Shown here: positions 18,233-27,511 of the stretch, piece by piece
Position numbering within the stretch: the first letter of the stretch is position 1
Layout of the letters: each line of letters begins with the position of its first letter
Sequence record: AP017925.1
Reading direction: 5' to 3' (one strand)
DNA length: 64,000 nucleotides
Position numbers and translations under genes: made by a program
The notes under the pieces: generated by a model
Databases searched by the model: none
Told to the model about the DNA's origin: nothing
The model's input: the letters and a program-made list of their open reading frames with translations, nothing else

Positions 18233-18862
18233 TTAAATCGCGGCTGTCACGCCATCGACAAAAGTCGTCAATTCATCCAACCCATCGTCGTTCTGGTACT
18301 GGAACAGATTGACTCTGCCTTCGTACGCCGAGACGTAGTTGCGATAGCCAGCTTGAACTTGTTCCTGATACCCCGGACCGCGCAATTCCAGACGATCGAG
18401 CTGACCGTCGCGGTTCTCACATCGACCAAGACCAAGCCGAGGTGTTACGTACAGCATGATCAGAGCATCGGGAATGATACCGTCGTAAGCTGCATCGAAG
18501 ATATCCCGCGGACGCTCATTCCCGACATTCATTTGCGGCGCGATTTGATACGCCCAGGTGCTGATAAAACTGCGGTCGCAGATCACGTCGATGCCTTGTT
18601 CAAGCAGCGGCAAAACTTTGTGACGATAGACGTTGGTCACAGCAGCGGCATAAAGACATGCTTCTGCATCCGGGTGGATCGTGTTATTCTGATCGGTGAG
18701 CACGGTACGAATCTTGGCCGAAACAGGATCGTCTTTCAGGATGTTTGCCGTCTGCACTTTACGACCCTGTGCTTCCAGACGTTCCTTGAGGAGAGCAGTC
18801 ACAGTGGACTTGCCACTACCGTCGGCGCCCTCGATGATGATATATTTGCCTCGTTGGTTCAT
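18233..18862 (-). CDS. tmk: thymidylate kinase
   Basis: IIIEGADGSGKST P-loop, VICDRSFIST (DR motif), DRLE; start at MNQRGK. Confidence 0.92.
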   Translation of the reverse strand: MNQRGKYIIIEGADGSGKSTVTALLKERLEAQGRKVQTANILKDDPVSAKIRTVLTDQNNTIHPDAEACLYAAAVTNVYRHKVLPLLEQGIDVICDRSFISTWAYQIAPQMNVGNERPRDIFDAAYDGIIPDALIMLYVTPRLGLGRCENRDGQLDRLELRGPGYQEQVQAGYRNYVSAYEGRVNLFQYQNDDGLDELTTFVDGVTAAI

Positions 18863-18928
18863 GATCACTTCTTGGAGAATGGTTGTAGGACTCACAAATA
18901 TCTCCAAGCTCTGTAAAAGTTAAACCAA

Positions 18929-18957
18929 CAGCATAAAAGCCGGGTTACCCCGGCCTT
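18929..18957 (-). terminator. hairpin + TTTTATGCTG
   Basis: GCCGGG-GTAA-CCCGGC then TTTTATGCTG on the minus strand. Confidence 0.75.
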
Positions 18958-18958
18958 T

Positions 18959-19225
18959 CTAGCACGGTATCAGACCGTTATCTTTGATCCACTCGACGAG
19001 CTGATACCAGCCGATAAGCACTTCATTGTAAGGCGTTTTGATGATGAAGCCTTTGGACGGATTAACTTGTCCTTTGCTATACCGTATTACTTCATCAAAA
19101 TTAGTCACGACGTCGTACTGAAGTCCGCAGCATTTCAGAATAGCAGCACAGGCATCGAATTGATCCGTATCTGCACTCCTTATTGATGCACAGATGATTT
19201 TGAATTTTATTTTACTCATGTTCAT
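18959..19225 (-). CDS. hypothetical protein, possible thioredoxin/glutaredoxin-like fold without CxxC
   Basis: 88 aa; size and pattern (C..A..IL...GL.Y..V ... IG.Y.L..W) loosely glutaredoxin-like. Confidence 0.65.
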   Translation of the reverse strand: MNMSKIKFKIICASIRSADTDQFDACAAILKCCGLQYDVVTNFDEVIRYSKGQVNPSKGFIIKTPYNEVLIGWYQLVEWIKDNGLIPC

Positions 19226-19226
19226 C

Positions 19227-19448
19227 TTACCTGTTATTGAACAATGGACTGATCTTCGTCAGATGAGGGTCAACTGCTGCATCCAATGCCCCGGCCAACT
19301 GGTTCAACACCATAGCAGCTTGTTCTGCTTGTTTAGCTGCTGACTTGATTTCTTGCACCGAATAAGGAGCGTTATCTTCTAGGATGCTAGTTGCCTGTCT
19401 TAGGTGGCTCTTAGCATCTTTCAGATAGAGTTCGAGATTGCGCGCCAT
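19227..19448 (-). CDS. hypothetical helical protein
   Basis: 73-aa ORF with AAGGA RBS. Confidence 0.7.
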   Translation of the reverse strand: MARNLELYLKDAKSHLRQATSILEDNAPYSVQEIKSAAKQAEQAAMVLNQLAGALDAAVDPHLTKISPLFNNR

Positions 19449-19486
19449 GAAACTTCCTTAAACAAAAAATAAAAGATGGTAGAAAG

Positions 19487-19519
19487 AGCCCGAGGATTGC
19501 TCCTCGGGCTTTTATGCCG
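19487..19519. terminator. hairpin flanked by TTTTATGCCG
   Basis: AGCCCGAGG-ATTGCT-CCTCGGGCT then TTTATGCCG. Confidence 0.75.
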
Positions 19520-19529
19520 CTAGCGACGC

Positions 19530-19877
19530 TTACACGTAGGCTTCGCTCCACAACGGCTGACCTTTACCGCGGGCGTAGATTTCCTTGTACTCGTCGAGTT
19601 TGTAGCAGAAGTGGTTGCTGGAGCGTTTGCCTTGGATCTTGAGTTCCAGATGGGTTGCATTGATACCCATCTTTTCGATCTGACGTTTCAGACGACGCCA
19701 AGTAGCGTAGTTCAGACCATGTTCGATGAGGAAGGGGCGATCGATAACCACCGGCACGCGCAGGTTCTTCTTCTCGCCCTTGACGTCGGCAACTACCCAC
19801 AGGACGCCGTCGCGAACGGTTTCGTCAGCTTTATCGTTTACGCCAATGTTGACGCGGGTTTCCATGAGAAAGAGCAT
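19530..19877 (-). CDS. hypothetical protein
   Basis: 115-aa ORF with AAGGA RBS. Confidence 0.75.
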   Translation of the reverse strand: MLFLMETRVNIGVNDKADETVRDGVLWVVADVKGEKKNLRVPVVIDRPFLIEHGLNYATWRRLKRQIEKMGINATHLELKIQGKRSSNHFCYKLDEYKEIYARGKGQPLWSEAYV

Positions 19878-19906
19878 GATGTTTCCTTGTAGTTTTGTTC
19901 TGTGGA

Positions 19907-20314
19907 TTACGACTGGGCCGGGGTGAGAGCAGCGACGTTGTCGACCTTGGTGTCAGCAGTGCTATCTTCAGCAAGGCGGCGTTGGGCACTCACCAGAGCG
20001 CGCGAAGGCAGGTTGGAGTCAGCCGGCAACACATTGCCGTAGCTGACCAACGAAGTCGGGATAAAACCAGCAGCTTTGGCTTCTTCCCAGATGTAGTCCA
20101 GAATGCGCGGAGTCAGTACCGGCGGGGTGGACAGACCAGGGAACACGAAGCGGATGTTTTCATCCTTGACGTTGTGTTCAGCACTGGAGGCCGTCAGGTA
20201 GCCGTGAGCGCCGAAGTAGTTCGCTTCCTTGTGGAAGACGATGTCGAGATCAGCGACTTCGAACGACTTACCGAAGAGTTGACGGGCCAGGATACGCAGG
20301 TTGTTCTTGAACAT
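19907..20314 (-). CDS. hypothetical protein
   Basis: Start MFKNN at 20314 after GAGG; strongly biased codon use. Confidence 0.8.
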   Translation of the reverse strand: MFKNNLRILARQLFGKSFEVADLDIVFHKEANYFGAHGYLTASSAEHNVKDENIRFVFPGLSTPPVLTPRILDYIWEEAKAAGFIPTSLVSYGNVLPADSNLPSRALVSAQRRLAEDSTADTKVDNVAALTPAQS

Positions 20315-20395
20315 GGTGAAAGTCCTCATTTAAAGTTTGTTGTGGTACAACGGGGTGAAACAGACGAGCAATTCTACTTACTCTATTCCAAGAGT

Positions 20396-20403
20396 GTAAT
20401 ATA
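20396..20403 (-). promoter_or_regulatory. phiKZ-type early promoter motif TATATTAC
   Basis: Exact TATATTAC on the minus strand in AT-rich intergenic DNA, about 80 nt upstream of 20314. Confidence 0.55.
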
Positions 20404-20502
20404 GACTCCAAAAATCTTTGGTTTCAATTCTGCAAAGCAAAAGAAAAACCAAAGATAGTGGACTCGCTGTTGGGTGTAGACCAACAGCGAGCGAGGTGTG
20501 CC

Positions 20503-20664
20503 TCAGATGTGGTAGCGTACCGGGATGGCTTGCTTCGCAGCCTCGGCTTCCTTAGCCTTGGCTTCCTCGTCCCAGTGCACGGTCAGGCCGTTAAGCAGCA
20601 GGATTGCGAGAATAGCGCCAACAAAGGCGCCGACTTGTTTAGCGGCCTTCACGTATTTTTTCAT
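20503..20664 (-). CDS. small membrane protein, 53 aa (below the ORF-track cutoff)
   Basis: Manual translation MKKYVKAAKQVGAFVGAILAILLLNGLTVHWDEEAKAKEAEAAKQAIPVRYHI; ATGA overlap with the upstream gene. Confidence 0.75.
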   Translation of the reverse strand: MKKYVKAAKQVGAFVGAILAILLLNGLTVHWDEEAKAKEAEAAKQAIPVRYHI

Positions 20665-20843
20665 CCTATCGTCTCAAGAGAGTAGAAGAAGAAGTTGATG
20701 ATGTAGATCATCACGGCGATTTCGATGGCGTACAGAACGCAGTACGCGATCGCAACCAAGATTTCCGGCAGCAGCCAGACGATGGCACCGATGATCAGCG
20801 CCACCAGCAGGAAGGACAGAACGTTATCGAGGAACTTTTTCAT
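20661..20843 (-). CDS. small hydrophobic membrane protein
   Basis: 60 aa, almost entirely hydrophobic. Confidence 0.75.
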   Translation of the reverse strand: MKKFLDNVLSFLLVALIIGAIVWLLPEILVAIAYCVLYAIEIAVMIYIINFFFYSLETIG

Positions 20844-20845
20844 TT

Positions 20846-21067
20846 TTAGAAAGCCCAGGTTTTCTCGCCAGAGGAGAGACGGTTGCCGAAGAGTGCGTCG
20901 AACACGGTGGACAGCAGAGCGCCCACCAAGAACATGGCCACCACCAGTACAACCACCTGCATTACGAACACCACGCAGGTCCAGATGATCTGAGCCAGAG
21001 TCGGCAGGCAGATCGCGATCAGAGCAATAACAGCAAACAGCACCAGGTATTCGATAAGGGTCATCAT
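20846..21067 (-). CDS. small hydrophobic membrane protein, probable paralog of 20661..20843
   Basis: 73 aa; similar hydrophobic-LP-hydrophobic-CV pattern; GAGG RBS. Confidence 0.75.
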   Translation of the reverse strand: MMTLIEYLVLFAVIALIAICLPTLAQIIWTCVVFVMQVVVLVVAMFLVGALLSTVFDALFGNRLSSGEKTWAF

Positions 21068-21096
21068 GTTAAGTACCTCAATAGTAGAAAGTCACT

Positions 21097-21400
21097 GGGC
21101 CGTACAGCGAAATGCACTGCAGTAGCACTTCGCAATACGGCCCCGCCGTATTGTCAGTTCTCGATAGGCTTGTCCTAAGAGAAGTAAAGCAAGCACATGC
21201 ATGGCAGCCGTCATGTGCAACGGCCATAGCGTTTTGGTCAGTCTGGTGACTGTGTAAGTATTCACCCTAAGCGCGCTTGGCGCAAATTGATAACAAGTCC
21301 CGGATGCTGTCTAGTCGCATCTGACTAAGGGGTAATCGTAAGGCAGGTTCTCCTTGCCTTTGGCGTTCGTTGAGAGTGAAGCAACAACCCTGCTTCGTGG
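21097..21400. ncRNA. candidate structured RNA or leader (hairpin-dense non-coding 300 nt)
   Basis: At least six stem-loops and no ORF of 60 aa or more. Confidence 0.35.
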
Positions 21401-21409
21401 GTGCGCTAA

Positions 21410-21793
21410 TTACTTAGCGGCTTTGGCGGCTTTGGTGGCCAGACGACGAACGATCAGTTCGCCCAGGGCCGCGCCAGTGTACCAGCCAACCACGGAGGAG
21501 GTCAGGTAGCCAACCACGGTGATCAGTGCCGACAGTGCGAACGTCACCATTTCACCGAGGCCCAGGCCTGCGACGAATGCGATACCGAAGTGCATGCCGA
21601 AGGCAATCGCCACGATGGCGGCGGTGAACAGCATCAGCACAGCGGCGGAACGCAGGAAGAAGCCGAAGCCGGAGATGCTCTTATCGCCGTCCTTCTTGGC
21701 TTCCATTTTGATACCGGCCTTTGCAGCCAGTTCTTCGGCAACGCCAACGAGGGTTTCGGCGCCAGCGTTCAGGTCGAGGGTAGCAGCAGTCAT
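21410..21793 (-). CDS. membrane protein with several TM segments
   Basis: 127 aa; AGGAG RBS; Gly/Ala-rich hydrophobic C-terminal half. Confidence 0.85.
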   Translation of the reverse strand: MTAATLDLNAGAETLVGVAEELAAKAGIKMEAKKDGDKSISGFGFFLRSAAVLMLFTAAIVAIAFGMHFGIAFVAGLGLGEMVTFALSALITVVGYLTSSVVGWYTGAALGELIVRRLATKAAKAAK

Positions 21794-21837
21794 GGTAAAA
21801 CTCCTAAAGAGGTACTACGTTGATGGAAAAGCCAATG

Positions 21838-21935
21838 GATGGCGCCTAGCTCTTTGGCTGGCGTCCAGTGCACGCTCGTAAGAGCAATGCTTATATGCGT
21901 ACTCCATTTAGAATACGCATATAAGCATGCACTGC
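21838..21935. ncRNA. candidate structured RNA with a 15-bp perfect stem
   Basis: ATGCTTATATGCGTA/TACGCATATAAGCAT, GCTC-GTAA-GAGC, CAGTGCA/TGCACTG closing helix. Confidence 0.35.
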
Positions 21936-21959
21936 CTCAGTCGAGACAGTGCTGGTGTT

Positions 21960-22268
21960 TTATGCGAAGCGACGCTTCAGTCTGACTTCAGTCAGTACCT
22001 TCATCACTACTGCCAGCACGAAGCCGATTACCAGGCAGCAGAATAGGAAGGTAGTGGTCCCTTCGACGTTAACGAACAACGACATTGCAATACCGCCAAC
22101 CCACATGGCGTGGATAGCAAGGCTATGCTTTTGCAATTCGGTTTGCCATTCCTTGTACTTACCGACTCGATGCGCTACGAATGCAGAGATGGCGCACACT
22201 ACTACTTGTGCAACCAAGAACCAGGTCAGCAGGTAGAAGTCGGAATTGAAAGTGGTGATGTAATTCAT
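21960..22268 (-). CDS. membrane protein with about 3 TM segments
   Basis: 102 aa; AAGGAG RBS. Confidence 0.8.
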   Translation of the reverse strand: MNYITTFNSDFYLLTWFLVAQVVVCAISAFVAHRVGKYKEWQTELQKHSLAIHAMWVGGIAMSLFVNVEGTTTFLFCCLVIGFVLAVVMKVLTEVRLKRRFA

Positions 22269-22331
22269 GGAGAAACTCCTTATTTAGAATTGGATTTAAG
22301 AGCCACTTCGTTACTATAGCTCAGGTCTGTC

Positions 22332-22357
22332 ATATGTGGTTGAAAAAATCTTCATTT
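22332..22357 (-). promoter_or_regulatory. putative phage promoter AAATGA-N-TTTCAACCACATAT
   Basis: 14-nt exact match with 59147-59160; both lie upstream of minus-strand small-gene clusters. Confidence 0.55.
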
Positions 22358-22373
22358 CAATTCGACGTCACAG

Positions 22374-22403
22374 CGGCATAAAGGGGTGCCTAAAGGCACC
22401 CCT
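22374..22403 (-). terminator. hairpin + TTTATGCCG
   Basis: GGGGTGCC-TTTA-GGCACCCC then TTTATGCCG after the stop of 22410..23771. Confidence 0.8.
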
Positions 22404-22409
22404 CGACGC

Positions 22410-23771
22410 TTAACTATCAGCCTGATTGGCTTCGTTGGCACAGAAGATGTGCAGACCCATATTCCGGTTGTACCGACCAGTCACGAGACCCGTACCTTCA
22501 TAGCCAGTTGCCGACTGCGCACCGATAACAATGCCGTAGACTTGCCGGACCGTCCCTTCCTTGAAATAGAAGATCTTGGTCTGCATGCCAGGCTTGATCA
22601 GCGAAGGATCGGCATTCTGCCAACCCAATTGCAGATGTACGCCTTCCTTAGCAGCCAACAGACTAGCCTGATACATCGTGTTAGCCGAAATCCGATCAGG
22701 CGCCATCTGAACGTTGTTGAACTCCGACTTCTGGGGGCTAGACAGGAATTCGTTGTTCAACTTACCGCGAGACATCAAAGCCTTGTTGCCTTTGGTTTCA
22801 ACACCACTCTCAAAGAACTTGCTGGCATCGGCAAAACGAATACCGTTACCAGTAGTACGTTTCTTGAGATCGCTGTTGTCGTCGAGATGCAAACCACCAG
22901 TCGCGATGATGGTAGTGACCGAACCCTCTACGATGTACGTGTTGTCCACCGCTGGCATCTTGTTTTCAGGCACGACCAAGATCACCAGCTGCCGAGAAGC
23001 CTCCTCGAACCGCTTGTAATCGAATGGCGGGAATACGTACCAGTAGTCGTCCTGATAGTAGTAAGCTAGGCCAGCCGAGTAGACTCCACCACAGTGTTTG
23101 TGGATGTAACCCGGCGCATCGTAAGCCATAACGCCATGCGGCAGAACGATATGGTCACGGACCTGCTCGTCCTTCGGCTCGACCATATCCACACCCTGCG
23201 GCTTATAGTCGTCATCCACATCCACAGCAGCAGACTGTTGCAGCAGAATCGCACGAATCAAGTCCCCTACCTTGGTCTTACGATACAGACCGCCAGCACC
23301 GCGCATGGAAAACTGCTCCATGGCTTTGGAGAACAGCTGGAACTCGATGATCTCGAAGTTCTGCGTGTCCATCGTGAACTCACTCAAGAGTTCACGTGCA
23401 TTGGCCTCCATTGCAGGATCGGTAGCTTCTTTGAGCACAGCGCGGAAACGCTGCACACCGAAGTTCTGCGCATTCACTTCTTCCAGACCATGCTGCGCAA
23501 TAGGTGAACCCGAAAGCGTGATCTCCAACTCATTGCGACTCGGAGCGACTCGGTAGGCGTATTGACCAGCTGGCACTACGCAGGTGATCGACAGCTCATC
23601 GTTGTACTGCAACGTGTACTCACGCATCACGTCGTAGTTCAATACCCGGATCACGCCAACATCACCGAACTTGGTGTGGATCGTTGCATCGATGTAGAAG
23701 TTGGCATGGCCCTGATTTGCATTGACTACCCGCATCACCTCGTCGCCGAGTGGGGTTTGCATCAGATCCAT
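22410..23771 (-). CDS. virion structural protein, probable baseplate hub (phiKZ gp101-like)
   Basis: 453 aa; position at the end of the structural block; beta-rich hub-like C-terminus; equivalence from recalled synteny. Confidence 0.55.
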   Translation of the reverse strand: MDLMQTPLGDEVMRVVNANQGHANFYIDATIHTKFGDVGVIRVLNYDVMREYTLQYNDELSITCVVPAGQYAYRVAPSRNELEITLSGSPIAQHGLEEVNAQNFGVQRFRAVLKEATDPAMEANARELLSEFTMDTQNFEIIEFQLFSKAMEQFSMRGAGGLYRKTKVGDLIRAILLQQSAAVDVDDDYKPQGVDMVEPKDEQVRDHIVLPHGVMAYDAPGYIHKHCGGVYSAGLAYYYQDDYWYVFPPFDYKRFEEASRQLVILVVPENKMPAVDNTYIVEGSVTTIIATGGLHLDDNSDLKKRTTGNGIRFADASKFFESGVETKGNKALMSRGKLNNEFLSSPQKSEFNNVQMAPDRISANTMYQASLLAAKEGVHLQLGWQNADPSLIKPGMQTKIFYFKEGTVRQVYGIVIGAQSATGYEGTGLVTGRYNRNMGLHIFCANEANQADS

Positions 23772-24500
23772 TTACTGCCCCTTTTTGAAGAACTTCGCCA
23801 GCGAGTTGCGAGCCGGAGCGTCCGGCGCTTGGTCGCGGCCCGAATAGTCAACGAATGTACGTTCTGCATCCGGGTTGTAGCGCGGTGCTGCTTCGACGAA
23901 GTCGATATTGCGCAGCTCCGTCATGCCGCGCTCAGCATTCTCGCGACGACGTTCGTCAATACGAGTCATCGAGTTAAGCATAGCGCGACGACCAATAGCA
24001 CCACGCGACGAAATACGGAAGTGCTTGTCGACAAAGTTCTTGTCGTAGGCGAACTTGGCGTGCTCGTAGATGATGTTGGCAAACTGGTCGAGCACCAACA
24101 GGTCTTCGTACGGCGGTTTGGTGGGATGGTAGGAATTCTCGATGTGATTCTTCCACGCAAAGAGATGGGCAGATATCGCTTCGTAGATCTTAGGTGCATC
24201 CGCGCGATTGACCAATGACACGTTGGCACCACCACTCCACAGGTCAGCCATGCGATGGATCGGGATCGAGATCAAACGCGGCTCCCACTGCATAGCGTGG
24301 TCGTGGTGAACGTCACCAGACGTCGGCAGACCCCAGGCCTCCAACTCATCAATGTTGAGAGTCTGGATATACGGGACGCGACACTGGTAGCGCACATGCC
24401 ACAGCGCATAACGGGTGTCGCGATTCTCAGGGCGGATATAGCCGCTCATGTGTTTCCTCCAAATCAAAAAGGTGCGAGGGGAATCGCACCCCTCTGACAT
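23772..24500 (-). CDS. conserved hypothetical protein (phiKZ gp100-like position)
   Basis: ORF in the structural operon; true start may be MSGYIR. Confidence 0.7.
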   Translation of the reverse strand: MSEGCDSPRTFLIWRKHMSGYIRPENRDTRYALWHVRYQCRVPYIQTLNIDELEAWGLPTSGDVHHDHAMQWEPRLISIPIHRMADLWSGGANVSLVNRADAPKIYEAISAHLFAWKNHIENSYHPTKPPYEDLLVLDQFANIIYEHAKFAYDKNFVDKHFRISSRGAIGRRAMLNSMTRIDERRRENAERGMTELRNIDFVEAAPRYNPDAERTFVDYSGRDQAPDAPARNSLAKFFKKGQ

Positions 24501-25861
24501 CAGATAGCGCGAATTACCGCCTTGATCAAGATGATCAAGATCGGAACGTAGTAGAACGAGTTGACGTTGTCCCAGCGATACGAAGCTTCAACCAGCTCAC
24601 GGATACGAGCATAGTCGATCTCTTTGTCATCCAGGTAATCCTGCACGCACAACTCCAGTTTGCTCTGGGCGTCTGGCGTAGAGCGATCGTCGGTATAGAA
24701 CGCTTTCGAGAAGACGTAGTAACCGTCCTCGAAGGTGTTCTTGATGCCGAACATGGTCGGATCGCCGTCGCTTGCATTCAACAGCGAAGCCATCGACTTA
24801 CGGTTCGCCACCGGGGTGCGTGTCGGTACAAACTCGCCAGCGATCTTGACGTTCTGTTCGAACTGGTTATCCACCCGCACCATCGGATCGTTGGGATAGA
24901 TAACGTGCTCGATACCCGAGTAGCGAATCCCTTCCATCATCGGTTCGTGGGTGAAACTGCGGGCCGAGACGTAGCCCACAGTCTGGAAGGAGTCGCCGAG
25001 CAACATCTTGTTGCGCTCAATGATAGCCGTCCAGATACTGTCGGCCGACATCACTTGATCGTCGTCGCAGTTGAGTTGTCGCAGGTTGGTCAGCTCACGC
25101 GCATCCCAGGTCGTCAGGTGTTGGAACAATGCCCGCACCAAGAATGCATCGTAAGTCACGTTCTGCTGATCCGGCATGATGATCGTGGCGTATTCCTTGC
25201 TGTAGTAGCGTTTGAAATACTGCGTGATCAATGTACCGTAGTTACGACGCAGAAACTGCAGGTTCTCGTAGTCATCACTGACCAGGATCGGATTCTGACC
25301 ATGGTAGATGAAGTCCTTCTCGAAGTAGGTGGTTTGCACCACTTTCTTCGCAAGGTCATTCAGACGCTCAGGTGTACCGAAGTCAACCAGATCGTAATCG
25401 ATCGAGTGACAGGTTTCACGGAACACCGCCAGCCGGGTGACGTTGGTGATCTCGAAGATACCGCGACGACCATCCAGCAGGTCGGCGACGAACATGTCGC
25501 CCTTGTTCGGAATCACGAAAGGATAGACCGTAGCCGAACCCTTCAGATCCATTTCTGCGGTTTCAGCAGTTTGGCTCGATTGCAGGGCAGTGGTGACGCG
25601 CACCTCCATCCCGTTGATCAGCTTGTACTGCTGGAAGACCGGGTCAGTACCCAATCCTTGGCCCGCCGCGCCAGAATCGCGCGCCAACACTTGACTGAAG
25701 TAGTCGACCGTCCAGGCCATGCCTTCGACATGCGAAAGGATCGTTTCCTTCGGGTCGAAACGCATATCGACCTGAATGCTCTTGTAGTCGGGCTTAGCAA
25801 CCAACAGATTCGGCTTAGGCGGAAGCTGGGGCGTACTCGGCCGCGCTTGAATAATTGGCAT
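24500..25861 (-). CDS. virion structural protein, possibly neck (phiKZ gp99-like)
   Basis: 453 aa; translationally coupled; synteny. Confidence 0.6.
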   Translation of the reverse strand: MPIIQARPSTPQLPPKPNLLVAKPDYKSIQVDMRFDPKETILSHVEGMAWTVDYFSQVLARDSGAAGQGLGTDPVFQQYKLINGMEVRVTTALQSSQTAETAEMDLKGSATVYPFVIPNKGDMFVADLLDGRRGIFEITNVTRLAVFRETCHSIDYDLVDFGTPERLNDLAKKVVQTTYFEKDFIYHGQNPILVSDDYENLQFLRRNYGTLITQYFKRYYSKEYATIIMPDQQNVTYDAFLVRALFQHLTTWDARELTNLRQLNCDDDQVMSADSIWTAIIERNKMLLGDSFQTVGYVSARSFTHEPMMEGIRYSGIEHVIYPNDPMVRVDNQFEQNVKIAGEFVPTRTPVANRKSMASLLNASDGDPTMFGIKNTFEDGYYVFSKAFYTDDRSTPDAQSKLELCVQDYLDDKEIDYARIRELVEASYRWDNVNSFYYVPILIILIKAVIRAI

Positions 25862-25870
25862 GATTACTCC

Positions 25871-27454
25871 TTAGTTATCCATTCTGTTTTTGTCGTGCGT
25901 CTCGATGAAGAGAATCATCACAGTGTTCCATTGCACGGTGGCATGGTCTGACAGGTGACCCGTGCAGGACGTACTGGTGCACTGACGCAAAGCCGTAAAG
26001 AACTTCTCGCCTTCGATACGGGAGATATAGTTGCTGTTACCCAGCACTTGGGGCAACTGCTTGTTCTTGACGACGTCCGGACACACTGCGGCTCCGATCA
26101 GGATCAGACCATCTGCATTGTTCCTAGCGCGATCCCTAGCGCCTTGTGACAGCTGGAATGGGTCCATCAACAGACTGAGTCGTACGTAATACGTACGGCG
26201 CAGATCCGGATCAAAGTTGAGCACCACGTTCAGGTCTTGATCGACGTAGAACATCGACTGATGCAGTGGCATATGCCCATCATAGACCGTTAAGTTGACC
26301 AGCGACTCGCCGTACTTAGGCAAGTAGTTGTGATCATACTTCAAATGGTCGATGAACTCCTTCCGGAACTCCCAGTTTTCATCGATCTCATTGAAGTTCA
26401 TGATCGTACGATTCGTCGAACCATCCGGGTTCACTGCAATGCCGATCAGTGCAGAAAGCACTTGCAGTGTGTAACGTGGCGCCGAGCGCGGATAGAACTC
26501 ATGGAACTCCGGCAAGCGGATACCGCTACGAATCGTGGGCTTGGCAAGCTGATCCACTTCAAATGCACCCAGCGCTACGCTAGAACGCGAACCACGCGAT
26601 TCAAACGTCTGGATGTCGTCCTTCGGCTGGAACATCAGGTACTGCTGGTCGATCAGCTGGTTGTGCACCAGCACCGGGTAATCGGCTGAGGTGGCAATCG
26701 GGCAATCGTAATAGATACGATAGCTGAAAGTCTGGCGCCACGCGGCGGTGTCACCTTGCTTTTGCGGTTCATCAGGAAGCTCTTGGAAATCAAACTGACC
26801 CATGATGCGGCCTTGCTGTTCAGCAATTGCCCAGCGCTCGTTCCCCTTCTGGTCACCCATGTTCGTAATTTTGGTAACGTTTTGGGTGAAGTGGTTTGAG
26901 AGGTAAGTTTCCAGATCATCGCCGTAGCCTGCTTGGGCTTCGCGCAATGTCCAGATATGTTCCAGCAACGGCATGAACTCCTTCGGGATCAGATAGGAGT
27001 AATTGATGACGTGGGTGCGGATATCGCGGTTGGTCGATACCCTGGCACGAATTTCGTCACGCCAGCGGCGGGCATTGTTGACGTCTGTCGAGCGGTATTC
27101 GAATTCCAGCGTCAAGATGGTGGGCGAATACACCGGTCGCAAAAACACCCCGATGGCCTGGTCGAAGAAGAACTCAGGGTATTCCGTTTGATGCACTGCG
27201 GTCGACAGCAAGCGGTCAGTCTGGTGTTCTTCCCGGACATTTACGCGCCACAGCTCACGCGAAGCAGTATTGTTGAAAGCCGGAGCACCGTCGATATCGG
27301 AGCCCGGTTGGATGGCGGCTTCGGTGTCACCATTAAAAAGGATGGTCATTGCGCTCAGACCAGTCCATTCTTGGATCTGCCGAGTGATGTCAAACACCAC
27401 CGGTCGGGTTACAGATTCCCGAATCCCGTCGTTGGTATGCAGTACCTTTGGCAT
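25871..27454 (-). CDS. virion structural protein, possibly neck/tail completion (phiKZ gp98-like)
   Basis: 527 aa; synteny. Confidence 0.6.
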   Translation of the reverse strand: MPKVLHTNDGIRESVTRPVVFDITRQIQEWTGLSAMTILFNGDTEAAIQPGSDIDGAPAFNNTASRELWRVNVREEHQTDRLLSTAVHQTEYPEFFFDQAIGVFLRPVYSPTILTLEFEYRSTDVNNARRWRDEIRARVSTNRDIRTHVINYSYLIPKEFMPLLEHIWTLREAQAGYGDDLETYLSNHFTQNVTKITNMGDQKGNERWAIAEQQGRIMGQFDFQELPDEPQKQGDTAAWRQTFSYRIYYDCPIATSADYPVLVHNQLIDQQYLMFQPKDDIQTFESRGSRSSVALGAFEVDQLAKPTIRSGIRLPEFHEFYPRSAPRYTLQVLSALIGIAVNPDGSTNRTIMNFNEIDENWEFRKEFIDHLKYDHNYLPKYGESLVNLTVYDGHMPLHQSMFYVDQDLNVVLNFDPDLRRTYYVRLSLLMDPFQLSQGARDRARNNADGLILIGAAVCPDVVKNKQLPQVLGNSNYISRIEGEKFFTALRQCTSTSCTGHLSDHATVQWNTVMILFIETHDKNRMDN

Positions 27455-27511
27455 GATTGACTCGTGAAGTATGGATAGGAAACGTCTTTTTCAGACTCAC
27501 AACAATTTGCG

